NCBI GenBank assembly: GCA_964574765.1
Contig: CAZNPC010000004.1
Span: forward strand, 1-60,197
Direction: 5' to 3'
Origin: an uncultured Nitrospirales bacterium
Lineage (GTDB): Bacteria > Nitrospirota > Thermodesulfovibrionia > UBA6902 > BMS3Bbin08
Length of the DNA: 60,197 nucleotides
In this document: one piece after another, positions 29,250 through 39,459 of the stretch
Layout of the letters: the number at the start of each line of letters is the position of its first letter
How positions within the stretch are numbered: the first letter of the stretch is position 1
Notes under the pieces: model-generated
Told to the model about the DNA's origin: nothing
Database searches by the model: none
What the model saw: only the letters and a program-made list of their open reading frames with translations
Translations under genes and position numbers: made by a program

Positions 29250-30920
29250 CTACCAGTCAATTCTCAGGAATTTGCGTGTGATCTCGGGGTCGAAATGGGT
29301 GCCTATTAGCGAACGAATATTCCCAAGCGATTCCTCTTTTGATATGGCAGGTCTGTATGGACGGTCCGAACATGCCGCGTCGTATACATCAGCAAGAGCA
29401 AACAGCCTTGCGGCCAGGGGTATATCTTCTCCCTTAAGTCCCCTGGGGTATCCGGTGCCGTCCCACTTCTCATGATGGCAATAAGGTATATCAAGCGCCC
29501 CCCGCAAATACTCAATTGGATACAGCATCTCATACGCGTATACAGGATGCATTTTCATTATTCTCCATTCATCTTTTGTTAAGGGGCCTGGTTTAAGCAA
29601 AATATTGTCAGGTACACCCATCTTTCCCATGTCATGCAAAAGCGCTCCCCTCCGGGCATTAATGACATCTTCTTCTTTTATCCCGATCTCCCGTGCCATA
29701 CGAACCGTCATTTCTGTTACACGCTGTGTGTGCCCCTCTGTCTCCTTGTCTCTCAGGTCCATTGCTCGGGACCAGCCTTCAATTGTCGAATCATAAGCAA
29801 GCGTAAGGTCAAGATTCGAACGCTGAAGCCCTTCAAACAGAGCGGCATTATCTATGGCAATTGCCGCCTGACTGGCAATTGTCTCTATAAATTCCAGCCA
29901 CTCAGGATCGAGGTTCAGAAAAGACCGGTTGAACAGCTCCAGGATTCCTCTTACCTGCCCCTTGGCAATCAGTGGAACCGCAATATAGGCAACAAACTCT
30001 TCATCAGTAAATTGTTTTGAGTGGACAAAACCGGCAGGTGTTTTCTTAAGGTTAACAATGGCAACTGTATTGCGTTTCATTGCCGCCCGGCCTGCATTGC
30101 TCTCACCCAGTCTTAGTCGTGTGTATCTTAAAGCACTTGTTCTGAAGCCCCTGCTGTTAACATATTCCAGAGTCTGGGTTTTATGGTCAAGGAGCAGTAT
30201 AGTAGCGGCATCCATCCCCAATTGAGTTATAACCTGGTCGAGCATAATATCCAGGGTAACGCGCAGATCAAAACTGCCGGAGATAGCCCTTTCTATGGAA
30301 CGGAGAGTATTCAGGCGCTTAAACTGAAGCTGCACCATATTCTCCGACCTTTTTCGCTCTGTCAGAATTTCTTTCAGGTTCCTTACGGATTTAAGAAGTT
30401 CGGCTGTACGCTCCTTTACCCGGTTTTCCAACTCGTCATTGACTCTTTTCAGCTTTTCCTCAGCAGCTATACGGTCATCTATTTCCTGCAGGTTGCTCAT
30501 CAGTAGACCATTTACCCTCTTGTCGTACGCCTCTATCTCTTTTACGGCCCGCCTGGAGATGACTCTGACCAGCAACATGCTTATAACCACGAGCAATGAC
30601 GCAACAGTAAGCATGGCAACCACTGAAAAAGACGGGATATAATCCAGGACCGCATACAAAATCTTTACATTCACAAAAAGGAGGGTAAAGACCACAATCA
30701 GGACTACTGCATTGAGAACTCTTATGTTACGGTCTATTGCGTGTATAATACCGGTCTTTTTATATGCTCTGTTATCTGACATCTCTACCACCTTTGGCAA
30801 AAATTCTACCCGCGACTCTCTCCTTGCAAGTCCGTTCAGACTGCCAGAAATACTTTTGATGATCCCGAACATCTTCTCTTTTTCTTTCAGCAACTTAATT
30901 CCTTCTTTTATCCAAAACAT
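29250..30920 (-). CDS. Membrane GAF/HD-GYP c-di-GMP phosphodiesterase
   Basis: Two TM helices, GAF (VPLIAKGQVRGIL), ET.GHT.RV, LHDMGK and HHEKWDGTGYP. Confidence 0.92.
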   Translation of the reverse strand: MFWIKEGIKLLKEKEKMFGIIKSISGSLNGLARRESRVEFLPKVVEMSDNRAYKKTGIIHAIDRNIRVLNAVVLIVVFTLLFVNVKILYAVLDYIPSFSVVAMLTVASLLVVISMLLVRVISRRAVKEIEAYDKRVNGLLMSNLQEIDDRIAAEEKLKRVNDELENRVKERTAELLKSVRNLKEILTERKRSENMVQLQFKRLNTLRSIERAISGSFDLRVTLDIMLDQVITQLGMDAATILLLDHKTQTLEYVNSRGFRTSALRYTRLRLGESNAGRAAMKRNTVAIVNLKKTPAGFVHSKQFTDEEFVAYIAVPLIAKGQVRGILELFNRSFLNLDPEWLEFIETIASQAAIAIDNAALFEGLQRSNLDLTLAYDSTIEGWSRAMDLRDKETEGHTQRVTEMTVRMAREIGIKEEDVINARRGALLHDMGKMGVPDNILLKPGPLTKDEWRIMKMHPVYAYEMLYPIEYLRGALDIPYCHHEKWDGTGYPRGLKGEDIPLAARLFALADVYDAACSDRPYRPAISKEESLGNIRSLIGTHFDPEITRKFLRIDW

Positions 30921-31014
30921 TCATTGCAGGTTCTAATTCCATGTTCAATATTACAAAAATAACAAAAACATTGATTATTGGTACAAGTGCGTTTTCTAAT
31001 TAAAATGCAGTTTT

Positions 31015-33843
31015 TTACACTGTTAAAGCATCTTCAACATGTTTTCGGACATCCACAAGATCAAGCGGTTTTTCTATGTAGGCGTAAGCGCCCAATCGAC
31101 TGCTAAGTTCTTTTGTTTTTTCAGTACCGAAACCGGTCATTAATATTACCTTAACGTCCTTATTCGTTCTCTTGATCCGCCGCAGAACCTTAAAACCGTC
31201 CATCGTGCCCGGCATTTTAATATCAACAAACGCGACCCGCACATCACTGCCTCTTACAATATCCAGCGCTTTTCGGCCGTTAGAAGCCAAATGCGTGATG
31301 TAACCTTTTCCGTCCAGAAATTTCTGTAATAACTCCTGTACTATATTCTCATCGTCGGCAATCAGAATGTCCTTGTCACTGACCCTGGAACTCTCTTCCA
31401 GCATCGCTTGAGACACCGCCATGTTCGGCTTATAATTCGGAACAATTCTTGTTAACTTCTCAGTTAATGTATTAATGCACTCTTTCTCGACAAGATCGGC
31501 GAGGAAGTTGATATCATTGAAAATGTTACGGCCGTTGACTCTTGACGGTTTAACTATCATCATCCTCTCGTGACGGGTTTTCTCCAGTTTTTCATCATCC
31601 GCCACAAGGGCCTCGTACATCTTTTCACCGGGCCTGAGTCCGGTGAATACTATTTCTATATCTTTGTCAGGCTCCAGTCCCGAAAGTTTGATAAGACTCC
31701 TGGCAATATCAACTATCTTCAACTGTGTCCCCATCTCAAGTATAAATATTTCTCCGCCGTTACCCATAAAACCCGCTTCCACTACAAGCCCGGCAGCCTC
31801 GGGTATTGTCATAAAGTATCTTTTGATATCAGGGTGAGTTATCGTTACAGGCCCGCCTTTTTCAATCTGCTTTTTGAACGTAGGTATGGCACTTCCTTCA
31901 CTCCCCAGGACATTGCCAAACCTGACGCAAATGAACTTTGTTCCGTATTCCGCCGCCAGGGCAGTTATGTACATTTCCGCGACCTTCTTGGAAACCCCCA
32001 TATAACTGGTCGGGTCAACTGTTTTGTCAGTCGAGAGCATGATGAATTTTTCCGCACCTATATTCATAGCTTCTTCCGCCAGTGTCTTTGTTCCAAAAAC
32101 ATTATTTTTGATGGCCTCCATGGGATTTGCTTCCATAAGAGGTACATGTTTGTGGGCCGCCGCGTGAAAAATGATCTGAGGTTTATGTTCAGCAAATACC
32201 TGTTTAACTCTCATCCTGTCACAGCTATCCCCGATAACAGGGACAATATCGGATTTCGGAGATTTCTGGCTGAGTTCCATATCTATGTAGAACAGCGCGT
32301 TCTCCGACTTTTCGAAAAGAACCAGTTTCCCCGGCGACAGTGCCGCGATCTGCCTGCACAGTTCAGAACCAATTGATCCGCCTGCTCCGGTAATAAGCAC
32401 GCTTTTTCCTTCAATATAATTTTTGAGCTTTTGCCTGTCTATCTGGACTTCATCTCTCCTGAGAAGATCCTCCAGCTTTATCTCGCGCAGTTCCTTCACT
32501 TTTACAGTCCCGTTTACAAGATCTGCCATCCTGGGAACTGTCCGGTATTTCGCTCCGCTCTGTATGCAGTAATTAACGATCTCCCGCATCTGATATGACT
32601 TCAATGAAGGAATAGCGATAATAATTTCCTCAACAGTATTCTCTTTGACGATTTTCGGGATATCCGACCTTGCTCCAAGGACAGTTACACCGTGTATACG
32701 GCTATTATATTTTCTGACATCATCATCAATCAGCCCCACCACTTTATAATTATTGTCATACCGGTAGATCATGTCCCTTAAAATCATTTCTCCGGCATCC
32801 CCCGCGCCCACAACCAGAACCCTTTTCTGCCTGTCATTCCCATTTTCCAGTTTCCACCTGATAGGCCTTGTGATACGAATAAAAAATCTGACCCCGCCTA
32901 ATATAACTACTAGCAGAAGCCAGTCGATAATAAATATGGACCGCGGGTGTCCCAGCTGCAGTGCCATTACAACTGCAGCAATAAATACCGAGCTCAGAGT
33001 CACAGCTTTTATTATCTGGGCCAGATCCTTGATGCTCGCATACTGCCATGCGCATTTATGGAGCTTGAAATAGAACAGCGCAGACACTCTTGCCGCTAAC
33101 ACCAAAGGGAGCAATTTAAACATAATTGTTCGATGTTCTGCATCAGGTACTCCGTCAAACCTCATAAAATAAGCTGCAATGTAGCAGAAGGCGATTATGA
33201 TCATATCCAGCAGGAAGATCAGGTTTTGCCGCCAACTTTGGCCGAATCTGCTCATGCTGCCCTTGGCGTTGAAAACGGTCTTGAGGATCAGTTTAATATC
33301 GAGGAAAATTCCGTGATTGTCAACATACCCGGAAGCAAGCCTGATCTTTTCGGGAAGTATCCTTTTGATGTAATCTTCTTCCCATTCCGGAGATAATGAA
33401 AGTTCAGTTTCTTCATCATAATATTTTATTGATGCCGGATCTGTTATGCCGGGCCGTATTGTAAGGATTTTTTCATAATCCGACCTGTAAAGATCCACAT
33501 ATTTTTCAACTTCAGGCCTCGGCCCGACAAGGCTCATATCTCCTTTCAGGACATTTATCAGCTGAGGCAGTTCATCAATTTTGGTTTTCCTTAAGAACCT
33601 GCCGATACGCGTTATCCGGTCATCGCCGCATACAGTAATTAAAGGACTTCTTTCTGAAGAATCCGGCCGCATAGACCTGAACTTGTATATATAAAAAGGT
33701 CTGAATTCCCTGCCTATCCTCTCCTGCCTGTAAAAAACAGTCCCTTTATCCGTCAGTTTAATCAGTATGGCGACTGTAATAAAAAGGGGCAGAAGTATAA
33801 CTAACCCAAGCAGTGAAAAAAAGATGTCGAATAAACGTTTCAT
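31015..33843 (-). CDS. Fusion: phosphoglycosyltransferase + PglF/CapD-type nucleotide-sugar 4,6-dehydratase + C-terminal receiver domain
   Basis: KFRSM...DELPQLINVLKGDMSLVGPRPE; four TM helices; GAGDAG; TGAGGSIGSE, HAAAHKHVP, STDK...MGVSK, RFGNVLGS; REC ILIADDE...VDIKMP...MTG...EKP. Confidence 0.92.
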   Translation of the reverse strand: MKRLFDIFFSLLGLVILLPLFITVAILIKLTDKGTVFYRQERIGREFRPFYIYKFRSMRPDSSERSPLITVCGDDRITRIGRFLRKTKIDELPQLINVLKGDMSLVGPRPEVEKYVDLYRSDYEKILTIRPGITDPASIKYYDEETELSLSPEWEEDYIKRILPEKIRLASGYVDNHGIFLDIKLILKTVFNAKGSMSRFGQSWRQNLIFLLDMIIIAFCYIAAYFMRFDGVPDAEHRTIMFKLLPLVLAARVSALFYFKLHKCAWQYASIKDLAQIIKAVTLSSVFIAAVVMALQLGHPRSIFIIDWLLLVVILGGVRFFIRITRPIRWKLENGNDRQKRVLVVGAGDAGEMILRDMIYRYDNNYKVVGLIDDDVRKYNSRIHGVTVLGARSDIPKIVKENTVEEIIIAIPSLKSYQMREIVNYCIQSGAKYRTVPRMADLVNGTVKVKELREIKLEDLLRRDEVQIDRQKLKNYIEGKSVLITGAGGSIGSELCRQIAALSPGKLVLFEKSENALFYIDMELSQKSPKSDIVPVIGDSCDRMRVKQVFAEHKPQIIFHAAAHKHVPLMEANPMEAIKNNVFGTKTLAEEAMNIGAEKFIMLSTDKTVDPTSYMGVSKKVAEMYITALAAEYGTKFICVRFGNVLGSEGSAIPTFKKQIEKGGPVTITHPDIKRYFMTIPEAAGLVVEAGFMGNGGEIFILEMGTQLKIVDIARSLIKLSGLEPDKDIEIVFTGLRPGEKMYEALVADDEKLEKTRHERMMIVKPSRVNGRNIFNDINFLADLVEKECINTLTEKLTRIVPNYKPNMAVSQAMLEESSRVSDKDILIADDENIVQELLQKFLDGKGYITHLASNGRKALDIVRGSDVRVAFVDIKMPGTMDGFKVLRRIKRTNKDVKVILMTGFGTEKTKELSSRLGAYAYIEKPLDLVDVRKHVEDALTV

Positions 33844-35003
33844 ACAAACACCCTGTTCCTTCTGACCGCGGCCGCCTTAACTGTCTTTACCACTCTTTTC
33901 AGGTCGTCTTCTGTCATTGCAGTGCCGGATGGAAGGCAGAGTCCCCGGTCGAACAGGTCCTCGCAGACCTTCCCGCCGCGCATTGAACACTCTTTAAACA
34001 CCGGCTGCATGTGCATTGGCTTCCACAAAGGCCGGGCTTCCATATTCTGATCTTCCATTGCCGAACGAACCTGCTCCCTGCCTGCACCGAATTCATCAGG
34101 GGAAATCAGAATAACGGTCAGCCATCGATTCGAGCGTCCGTAATGCGCCTCGGGCATAAACTCAATTCCCGGTACTCTGGATAATGCGTTTTTGTAGCAA
34201 TTAAATATCCTGCGTTTAGCTTCTATACGGTCATTAAGCACTGCCAATTGTCCACGGCCGATAGCGGCAAGTATATTGCTCATCCGGTAGTTATAGCCTA
34301 TCTGCGAATGTTCATAGTGAGGAGCAGGATCAATGGCCTGCCGGGAAAGAAATCCGGCCTGTTGAATAAACTCTATATCGTCAGATACAAGCATACCCCC
34401 GCCGGAAGTTGTGATTATCTTATTGCCGTTAAACGAAAAAATCGCCGCTTTTGCCCCTGCCCCCGCACTGCGGCCTTTATAGGTTGATCCAAGGGCCTCC
34501 GCAGAATCAGATATGACAGGTATATCGAATGGGGCACATATCTCAAGGATTCTGTCCAGGTCTGCGCATTGACCGTATATATCCGTTGAAATGACAGCTT
34601 TCGGCAAACAGCCCGACTCCCATCTCGAGTCAAGCTCTTCTTTTAACAATTCAGGGTCGATATTCCACGACATACGTTCGGAATCGATAAAGACAGGCAC
34701 CGCACCCTGATAAATAACCGGATTTACGCCTCCTATAAAGGTCAAAGAAGGGGAAATCACCTCATCTCCAGGACCTACACCGATAATCCGAAGTGCCAGA
34801 TGAATGGCAGCCGTCGCGCTCGATACTGCAAGGGCATATTTAAACCCCAGCCTTCGGGCAAACTCTTTTTCAAAGGCATCGACCTGCGGGCCTAATGGAG
34901 CAATATAGTTGCTCTCAAACGTTTCGAGCACAAAACGCTTTTCTTCTCCGCTCATGTGCGGAGGCGAGAGGAAAATTCGTTTTTTGCGGCTGTAAGTGTT
35001 CAT
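33840..35003 (-). CDS. DegT/DnrJ/PglE-type PLP sugar aminotransferase
   Basis: SSATAAIHLAL, DSAEALG, SFNGNKIITTSGGG and GYNYRMSN motifs. Confidence 0.95.
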   Translation of the reverse strand: MNTYSRKKRIFLSPPHMSGEEKRFVLETFESNYIAPLGPQVDAFEKEFARRLGFKYALAVSSATAAIHLALRIIGVGPGDEVISPSLTFIGGVNPVIYQGAVPVFIDSERMSWNIDPELLKEELDSRWESGCLPKAVISTDIYGQCADLDRILEICAPFDIPVISDSAEALGSTYKGRSAGAGAKAAIFSFNGNKIITTSGGGMLVSDDIEFIQQAGFLSRQAIDPAPHYEHSQIGYNYRMSNILAAIGRGQLAVLNDRIEAKRRIFNCYKNALSRVPGIEFMPEAHYGRSNRWLTVILISPDEFGAGREQVRSAMEDQNMEARPLWKPMHMQPVFKECSMRGGKVCEDLFDRGLCLPSGTAMTEDDLKRVVKTVKAAAVRRNRVFV

Positions 35004-35080
35004 CAGTAATAGAAAGGATTATAGTTTATAGTTCATCTATGACTAGCAGGGTAGAGTGGTCAAAAAACAATAAATTTCTA

Positions 35081-35153
35081 AATGCATAGCGAACAACTGT
35101 GAGCGAATATAATAATAGCAACTCCTTACATTGTGCTTGCCCGCAGGGTTATC
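35081..35153 (+). repeat. Solo diverged copy of the atpB-atpE 77-bp unit
   Basis: AATG..AGCGAAC....GTGAGCGAATATAA.TAAT....TCCTTACATT....CCCGCAGGG aligns with the units at 44-276. Confidence 0.75.
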
Positions 35154-35159
35154 ACTAAA

Positions 35160-35250
35160 TTATCACTGCAAATTTAGCATTTAAAAATGATTTAAAAACC
35201 AATATTACATTGCTAATTGTTAATTTTGCATTTTGCATTTTGCAATTCAA
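35160..35250. repeat. AT-rich short-period array
   Basis: TAATTGT TAATTTT followed by GCATTTT GCATTTT GCAATTC. Confidence 0.55.
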
Positions 35251-35275
35251 ATAACAATATTCTTTGGAAATATTG

Positions 35276-36526
35276 TTAATTTTGATGTATCAGCGCCTTA
35301 TTGTGCCATGTAAGTTTTTCTTTATACTTTTCCGTCAGGTATTTCTGCCATTGCTTAAGTTGATAATTGCTAAGGTGATTTGAGTGCCAGAAATCATTAC
35401 TGTATTCATCGGCACTTTCCCAATCCACTGACCCGTATTTCCCAGGATCATACATCTGCGTCCCGGGATAGGGGCAGAGAATGGTAAAACCATACTCATC
35501 AAGCTCCAGCTCATCCGCGAGATTTTCCGTCAGCCTAAGATCGTCCTCTGTTTCATCAGGCATCCCAAGAATAAAATATCCCCGTATAAGGATTCCCGCC
35601 CTTTTAGCCCATCCCACAGACTGTTTGATTTTCTCAACAGTAGTTCCTTTTCCGATCTGTTTAAGTATGCGGGGAGAACCCGACTCCACCCCGACCGCAA
35701 TTTCATAACAACCTGCTTCCGCCATCAAATGGAACATTTCCTGCGTGCACATTCCCGCGTGAATATTCGGGTAAAAAGGAGTCTGGAAACCCCTTTTGAT
35801 TTTTTCTCTGCAGAATTCAAGTACCCAGTTTATGCTTGTGTTCCACGTCGGGTCTGTAAACTTCATCAGATCGAGGTCATAGGTATCCGAAACTTCCCGC
35901 ATTTCATCCAGAAGGTCATGAACCTGCCTGTAGCGCACACCTGCCTTTTTGACATCCCTGTATAAAACTTTGTTAAAGCCGTCAGCGCAGTATTTGCATC
36001 TGTACGGACAGCCCCTGTGACTCTGGAACGCTGTAATTTTCTTTCTGTTATCGTTGTAGGCAACCTGAATGTTGCGTTCGTTCCTGATCAATCTCCGGTC
36101 AGGCCATGGAAGTTCGCCAAATTCCATCGGCCGTCCGATTACCAGTCTCTCTCTGTTGCCCCACACAATATCCAGCATCGCGGCTTCGCCTTCTCCAATT
36201 ATTACCTGGTCTATCCCTTCAACCGTACAATCCTCAGGGACTGCCGACGGATGATAACCTCCTGCAACTGTATGAATATCAGGGTTGTTCTGTTTCACGG
36301 CCCGCGCGATAGCCGAAGTATGAGGGAACGTTGGGGTAGTACATGAAAACGCCACGATATCAGCATCCATACAGCCCTTGATAATTGTTTCGTCATTATC
36401 AAAGCTTCCCTGATAAAACCCTATCTCAATGTCACTCTCAAATTGTTTGAGATACGCGCCGATATATCCAAGGCCGAGAGCTTCCCAGGAATTGAAATAC
36501 TTTCCGTGAACCAGTATTACTTTCAT
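35276..36526 (-). CDS. B12-binding-domain radical SAM protein
   Basis: LGLGYI, GGYHPS, GEGE, RGCPYRCKYC and GVESGS motifs. Confidence 0.92.
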   Translation of the reverse strand: MKVILVHGKYFNSWEALGLGYIGAYLKQFESDIEIGFYQGSFDNDETIIKGCMDADIVAFSCTTPTFPHTSAIARAVKQNNPDIHTVAGGYHPSAVPEDCTVEGIDQVIIGEGEAAMLDIVWGNRERLVIGRPMEFGELPWPDRRLIRNERNIQVAYNDNRKKITAFQSHRGCPYRCKYCADGFNKVLYRDVKKAGVRYRQVHDLLDEMREVSDTYDLDLMKFTDPTWNTSINWVLEFCREKIKRGFQTPFYPNIHAGMCTQEMFHLMAEAGCYEIAVGVESGSPRILKQIGKGTTVEKIKQSVGWAKRAGILIRGYFILGMPDETEDDLRLTENLADELELDEYGFTILCPYPGTQMYDPGKYGSVDWESADEYSNDFWHSNHLSNYQLKQWQKYLTEKYKEKLTWHNKALIHQN

Positions 36527-36559
36527 AAAGATATCCCTTATATTTCTTCATTAATCCGG

Positions 36560-37279
36560 CTATTTAACAGCATAGCTGGCCATAATGTATCTGTACTCAT
36601 TCTTTAATCGTTTAAAAAGCGTCTGATCCAGGGCAATCCCTATCCGGCTCATTCTATGAGATATCCTCGCGAGAAAAGGCGCTGAAAACCAGAAAGAACT
36701 TATGCTGCAATCATTGAAAGACTCCATGTAACGCTGTCCCTTTTCCACCGTCATATAGTTCCATGTCTTATACCAGGGAATGAAACATCTTCTGTAAAAG
36801 CCTGACAGAAAACTTCCTTTAAGATTTTCGCAAAACACGAGGTGCCCGCCTTTTTTTAATATCCTCTGCATCTCTGAAACAATATTAGTCTGCTTATCTG
36901 CCGGGATGGCGCCCAGCATGGATTTAAAACAGACGATATCAAAGGTTTCGTCTGCCAAATTGTTATGCAGTATATCTAAAGTCTCATAGCTTATTTCTCC
37001 GGGGAATTTATAGGGCTGATGAGACTTTTCCGCTGCCACTACAAGATTACTGTTAATGTCGGAACACAAAACGTTACAGCCCCTCTTTGCGAAATATAGA
37101 GACAATCCGCCTCTACCCGCCCCTATTTCTATAACATTAAACCCCTTAATATTTACCGGTAGTCCGGATACTGCAAATTCAAACGCAGGTATCCATAAAT
37201 AGTTATTGGGACCGAGAATCAGGCAATATTTCAATCCGGTTATATGCTCTTTTTTATTATCAGTAAACTTTTTTATCAT
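36560..37279 (-). CDS. Class I SAM-dependent methyltransferase
   Basis: VIEIGAGRGG, FDIV and RILKKGG motifs. Confidence 0.85.
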   Translation of the reverse strand: MIKKFTDNKKEHITGLKYCLILGPNNYLWIPAFEFAVSGLPVNIKGFNVIEIGAGRGGLSLYFAKRGCNVLCSDINSNLVVAAEKSHQPYKFPGEISYETLDILHNNLADETFDIVCFKSMLGAIPADKQTNIVSEMQRILKKGGHLVFCENLKGSFLSGFYRRCFIPWYKTWNYMTVEKGQRYMESFNDCSISSFWFSAPFLARISHRMSRIGIALDQTLFKRLKNEYRYIMASYAVK

Positions 37280-37294
37280 TTATTTCTCCGGCCT

Positions 37295-38299
37295 TCAGGA
37301 CGCGATTGCCGTTCTTTTTCGAAAAAGAACTTCCAAAAATCCGCTAATCGTGCCAAATCCATAGACAAGATGATAGACAGGAAATATGAGCAGAAGAAGG
37401 AGCACAGTGGGAGTTTTTTCTCTAAGCAATACGGCAAATGTACTTAAAGCGGCGGCGGTTACATATAATAAAACCAGGCCTGCCAGCAATAATAAGGCCT
37501 GAGGATAAATCAGAGATACCATCATCAGTACTAAAATCGACATGACGAAGAAAAAAGGTATAAAACGCCGGATCCGAAACGCCCCGGGATTGGCTATTAC
37601 AGCGCGCGCGTTGGCTGTCCCTGTCCTTACCGCCTGACTGAGCAGTCCTCTGAGTGTAGACTGATTATAATAGACGGCTGTTAATTCCGGAGTCGAGAAT
37701 ATTTTTCCCCCGGCCGTGATAATACGGCTGTTCAGCTCATTATCCTCATTACGCACAAGTCTCTCATCGAACAGACCTGTTTTTTGAAATGTCTGACGTC
37801 TGTATACACCAAATGGAACTGTATCAACATAACCTTCATATTTTGATGTCCTGAACTTTGAGTTCCCGACACCGAACGGATGAGAAGTAGCCAAAGCAAT
37901 GCCCTTTGCCATGAGCGTATTATCACCGGGTATCGTATCGACAGGGCCGCCGACAACATCCGCACCGGTTGTTTTCAAATACTCAATACCCTTTCTGATA
38001 TAGTGCGCAGGATATTCCGAGTGAGCGTCCATCCTGATAACAATACTTCCTTTTGCGTTGCGTATCCCGATATTCAGGGCAGATGGCGTTATTTTTTTCC
38101 TGTTCTCCAGAAGCCTGATATACGGATATCGCTCTGAGTACTTCCGGATGATCTCCCTTGTCCTGTCAACGCTCATGCCGTCGACGAACAGAACCTCAAG
38201 TTTGTCTTTGGGGTAATCCTGGACAATGATAGAGCCACAGCACCTGTCTATGAATCTTTCCTCGTTCCGGCAGGGTATTATTACTGACGCTTCTATCAT
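37295..38299 (-). CDS. GT2 glycosyltransferase (ExoA-like)
   Basis: SVIIPCRNEE, VDGMSVD, RMDAH, RNED and C-terminal TM helices; start ATG 38299. Confidence 0.92.
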   Translation of the reverse strand: MIEASVIIPCRNEERFIDRCCGSIIVQDYPKDKLEVLFVDGMSVDRTREIIRKYSERYPYIRLLENRKKITPSALNIGIRNAKGSIVIRMDAHSEYPAHYIRKGIEYLKTTGADVVGGPVDTIPGDNTLMAKGIALATSHPFGVGNSKFRTSKYEGYVDTVPFGVYRRQTFQKTGLFDERLVRNEDNELNSRIITAGGKIFSTPELTAVYYNQSTLRGLLSQAVRTGTANARAVIANPGAFRIRRFIPFFFVMSILVLMMVSLIYPQALLLLAGLVLLYVTAAALSTFAVLLREKTPTVLLLLLIFPVYHLVYGFGTISGFLEVLFRKRTAIAS

Positions 38300-38303
38300 G
38301 GTA

Positions 38304-39455
38304 CTACCCCCTGAAATCAACAACTGTGCATCCATGCTCCAGTTCGTAAACTCTCTCAATACCATCGACTTTCAGCGAATCAATATCCCTGGAGTTCATT
38401 GTTCTTTTTTTATTCAGCAGGAACCGGATATATCCTGATACAAGCGGCAGGATGTTTTCCAGAGAAAGGCCGTTAATACATTTCATTCCGTATTCGCAGT
38501 CATTTATATAACGTTTTAAGGAGTTATAACACGGACTGCAATCGCAGGCCTTCCGGATCACCAGATTGTCAGCGCCGTACGGTGATGTCTTATAGAAATC
38601 CGTGTAACTCCATAAGGCGATAACAGGTACTCCCAAGATGGCACTCATATGCATTGGTGCGGAATCGTTACCGATAAAAAGGCCGCATTTTTTTATTATG
38701 GAAGCCGTCTGAAAAAGTGTGGGCGACTCAGGCATAACAGCGCTTTCTCCGATACCTTTGATAACAGTCTGTTTAAGCCCGGATTCATCACGTCCGCCGA
38801 CTATAACAAACCTGCAGGCAAACCGGCCGGCCAGTTCACTGCATAATTCAATCAGTTTCTCCGGAGCCCAGCGTTTACCGTTACCGTTCGCGCCGGGGTG
38901 GACAGCAATAACAAATTTATCCTGAAGGCCGTTGTCAGAAAAGAAATTATCAGCGTAATCTTTATATTCTTTTTCCACTGTCCTGTTAAACACACTTCCG
39001 GTATTCAGATACCCGCGGTTCGCAACTTCGAAAAGAGCGTAATTCGCGTTTATGTTATGGATTCTCGATGTCTGCAGCCGCTTTGGTGAATAGAGTCTTT
39101 TGAGAAACCTCCCGCCGTTTTTCCCGTTCAAAAGAACTGTCTTCTCCCTCGCCCTTGCCAGCAGGCCGACTACACCTTCCCGTTTAAATGAAGGATACGC
39201 CAGATAGACTTTGTCAAAACGCATCCGCCTGAGCCTCCTGCCCAGCCGGATAATGTTTTTTACGGCATTCTGAGATTCGTCCCATATATGAACCTGCCTT
39301 TCAGGAAATTGCGACAGCGCCAGCTCCTGCGATCCATTGTTGGATACCGCAACAGATATGTTGACAGGATACTGGTCCATAAGCTTTTCAGCCGCACTTA
39401 AAACCATAAGTGTATCTCCAATTCCCTGGAGAGATATGATCAGGATATTTGTCAT
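38304..39455 (-). CDS. GT9 (heptosyltransferase-like) glycosyltransferase
   Basis: GIGD, HPGA...KRW and FIGNDSAPMHMSA motifs. Confidence 0.9.
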   Translation of the reverse strand: MTNILIISLQGIGDTLMVLSAAEKLMDQYPVNISVAVSNNGSQELALSQFPERQVHIWDESQNAVKNIIRLGRRLRRMRFDKVYLAYPSFKREGVVGLLARAREKTVLLNGKNGGRFLKRLYSPKRLQTSRIHNINANYALFEVANRGYLNTGSVFNRTVEKEYKDYADNFFSDNGLQDKFVIAVHPGANGNGKRWAPEKLIELCSELAGRFACRFVIVGGRDESGLKQTVIKGIGESAVMPESPTLFQTASIIKKCGLFIGNDSAPMHMSAILGVPVIALWSYTDFYKTSPYGADNLVIRKACDCSPCYNSLKRYINDCEYGMKCINGLSLENILPLVSGYIRFLLNKKRTMNSRDIDSLKVDGIERVYELEHGCTVVDFRG

Positions 39456-39459
39456 CAGG

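Noticed and set aside
16286-30920. tRNA-anchored integrative island or prophage
   Set aside because: I found no integrase, no phage genes and no duplicated tRNA 3' end.
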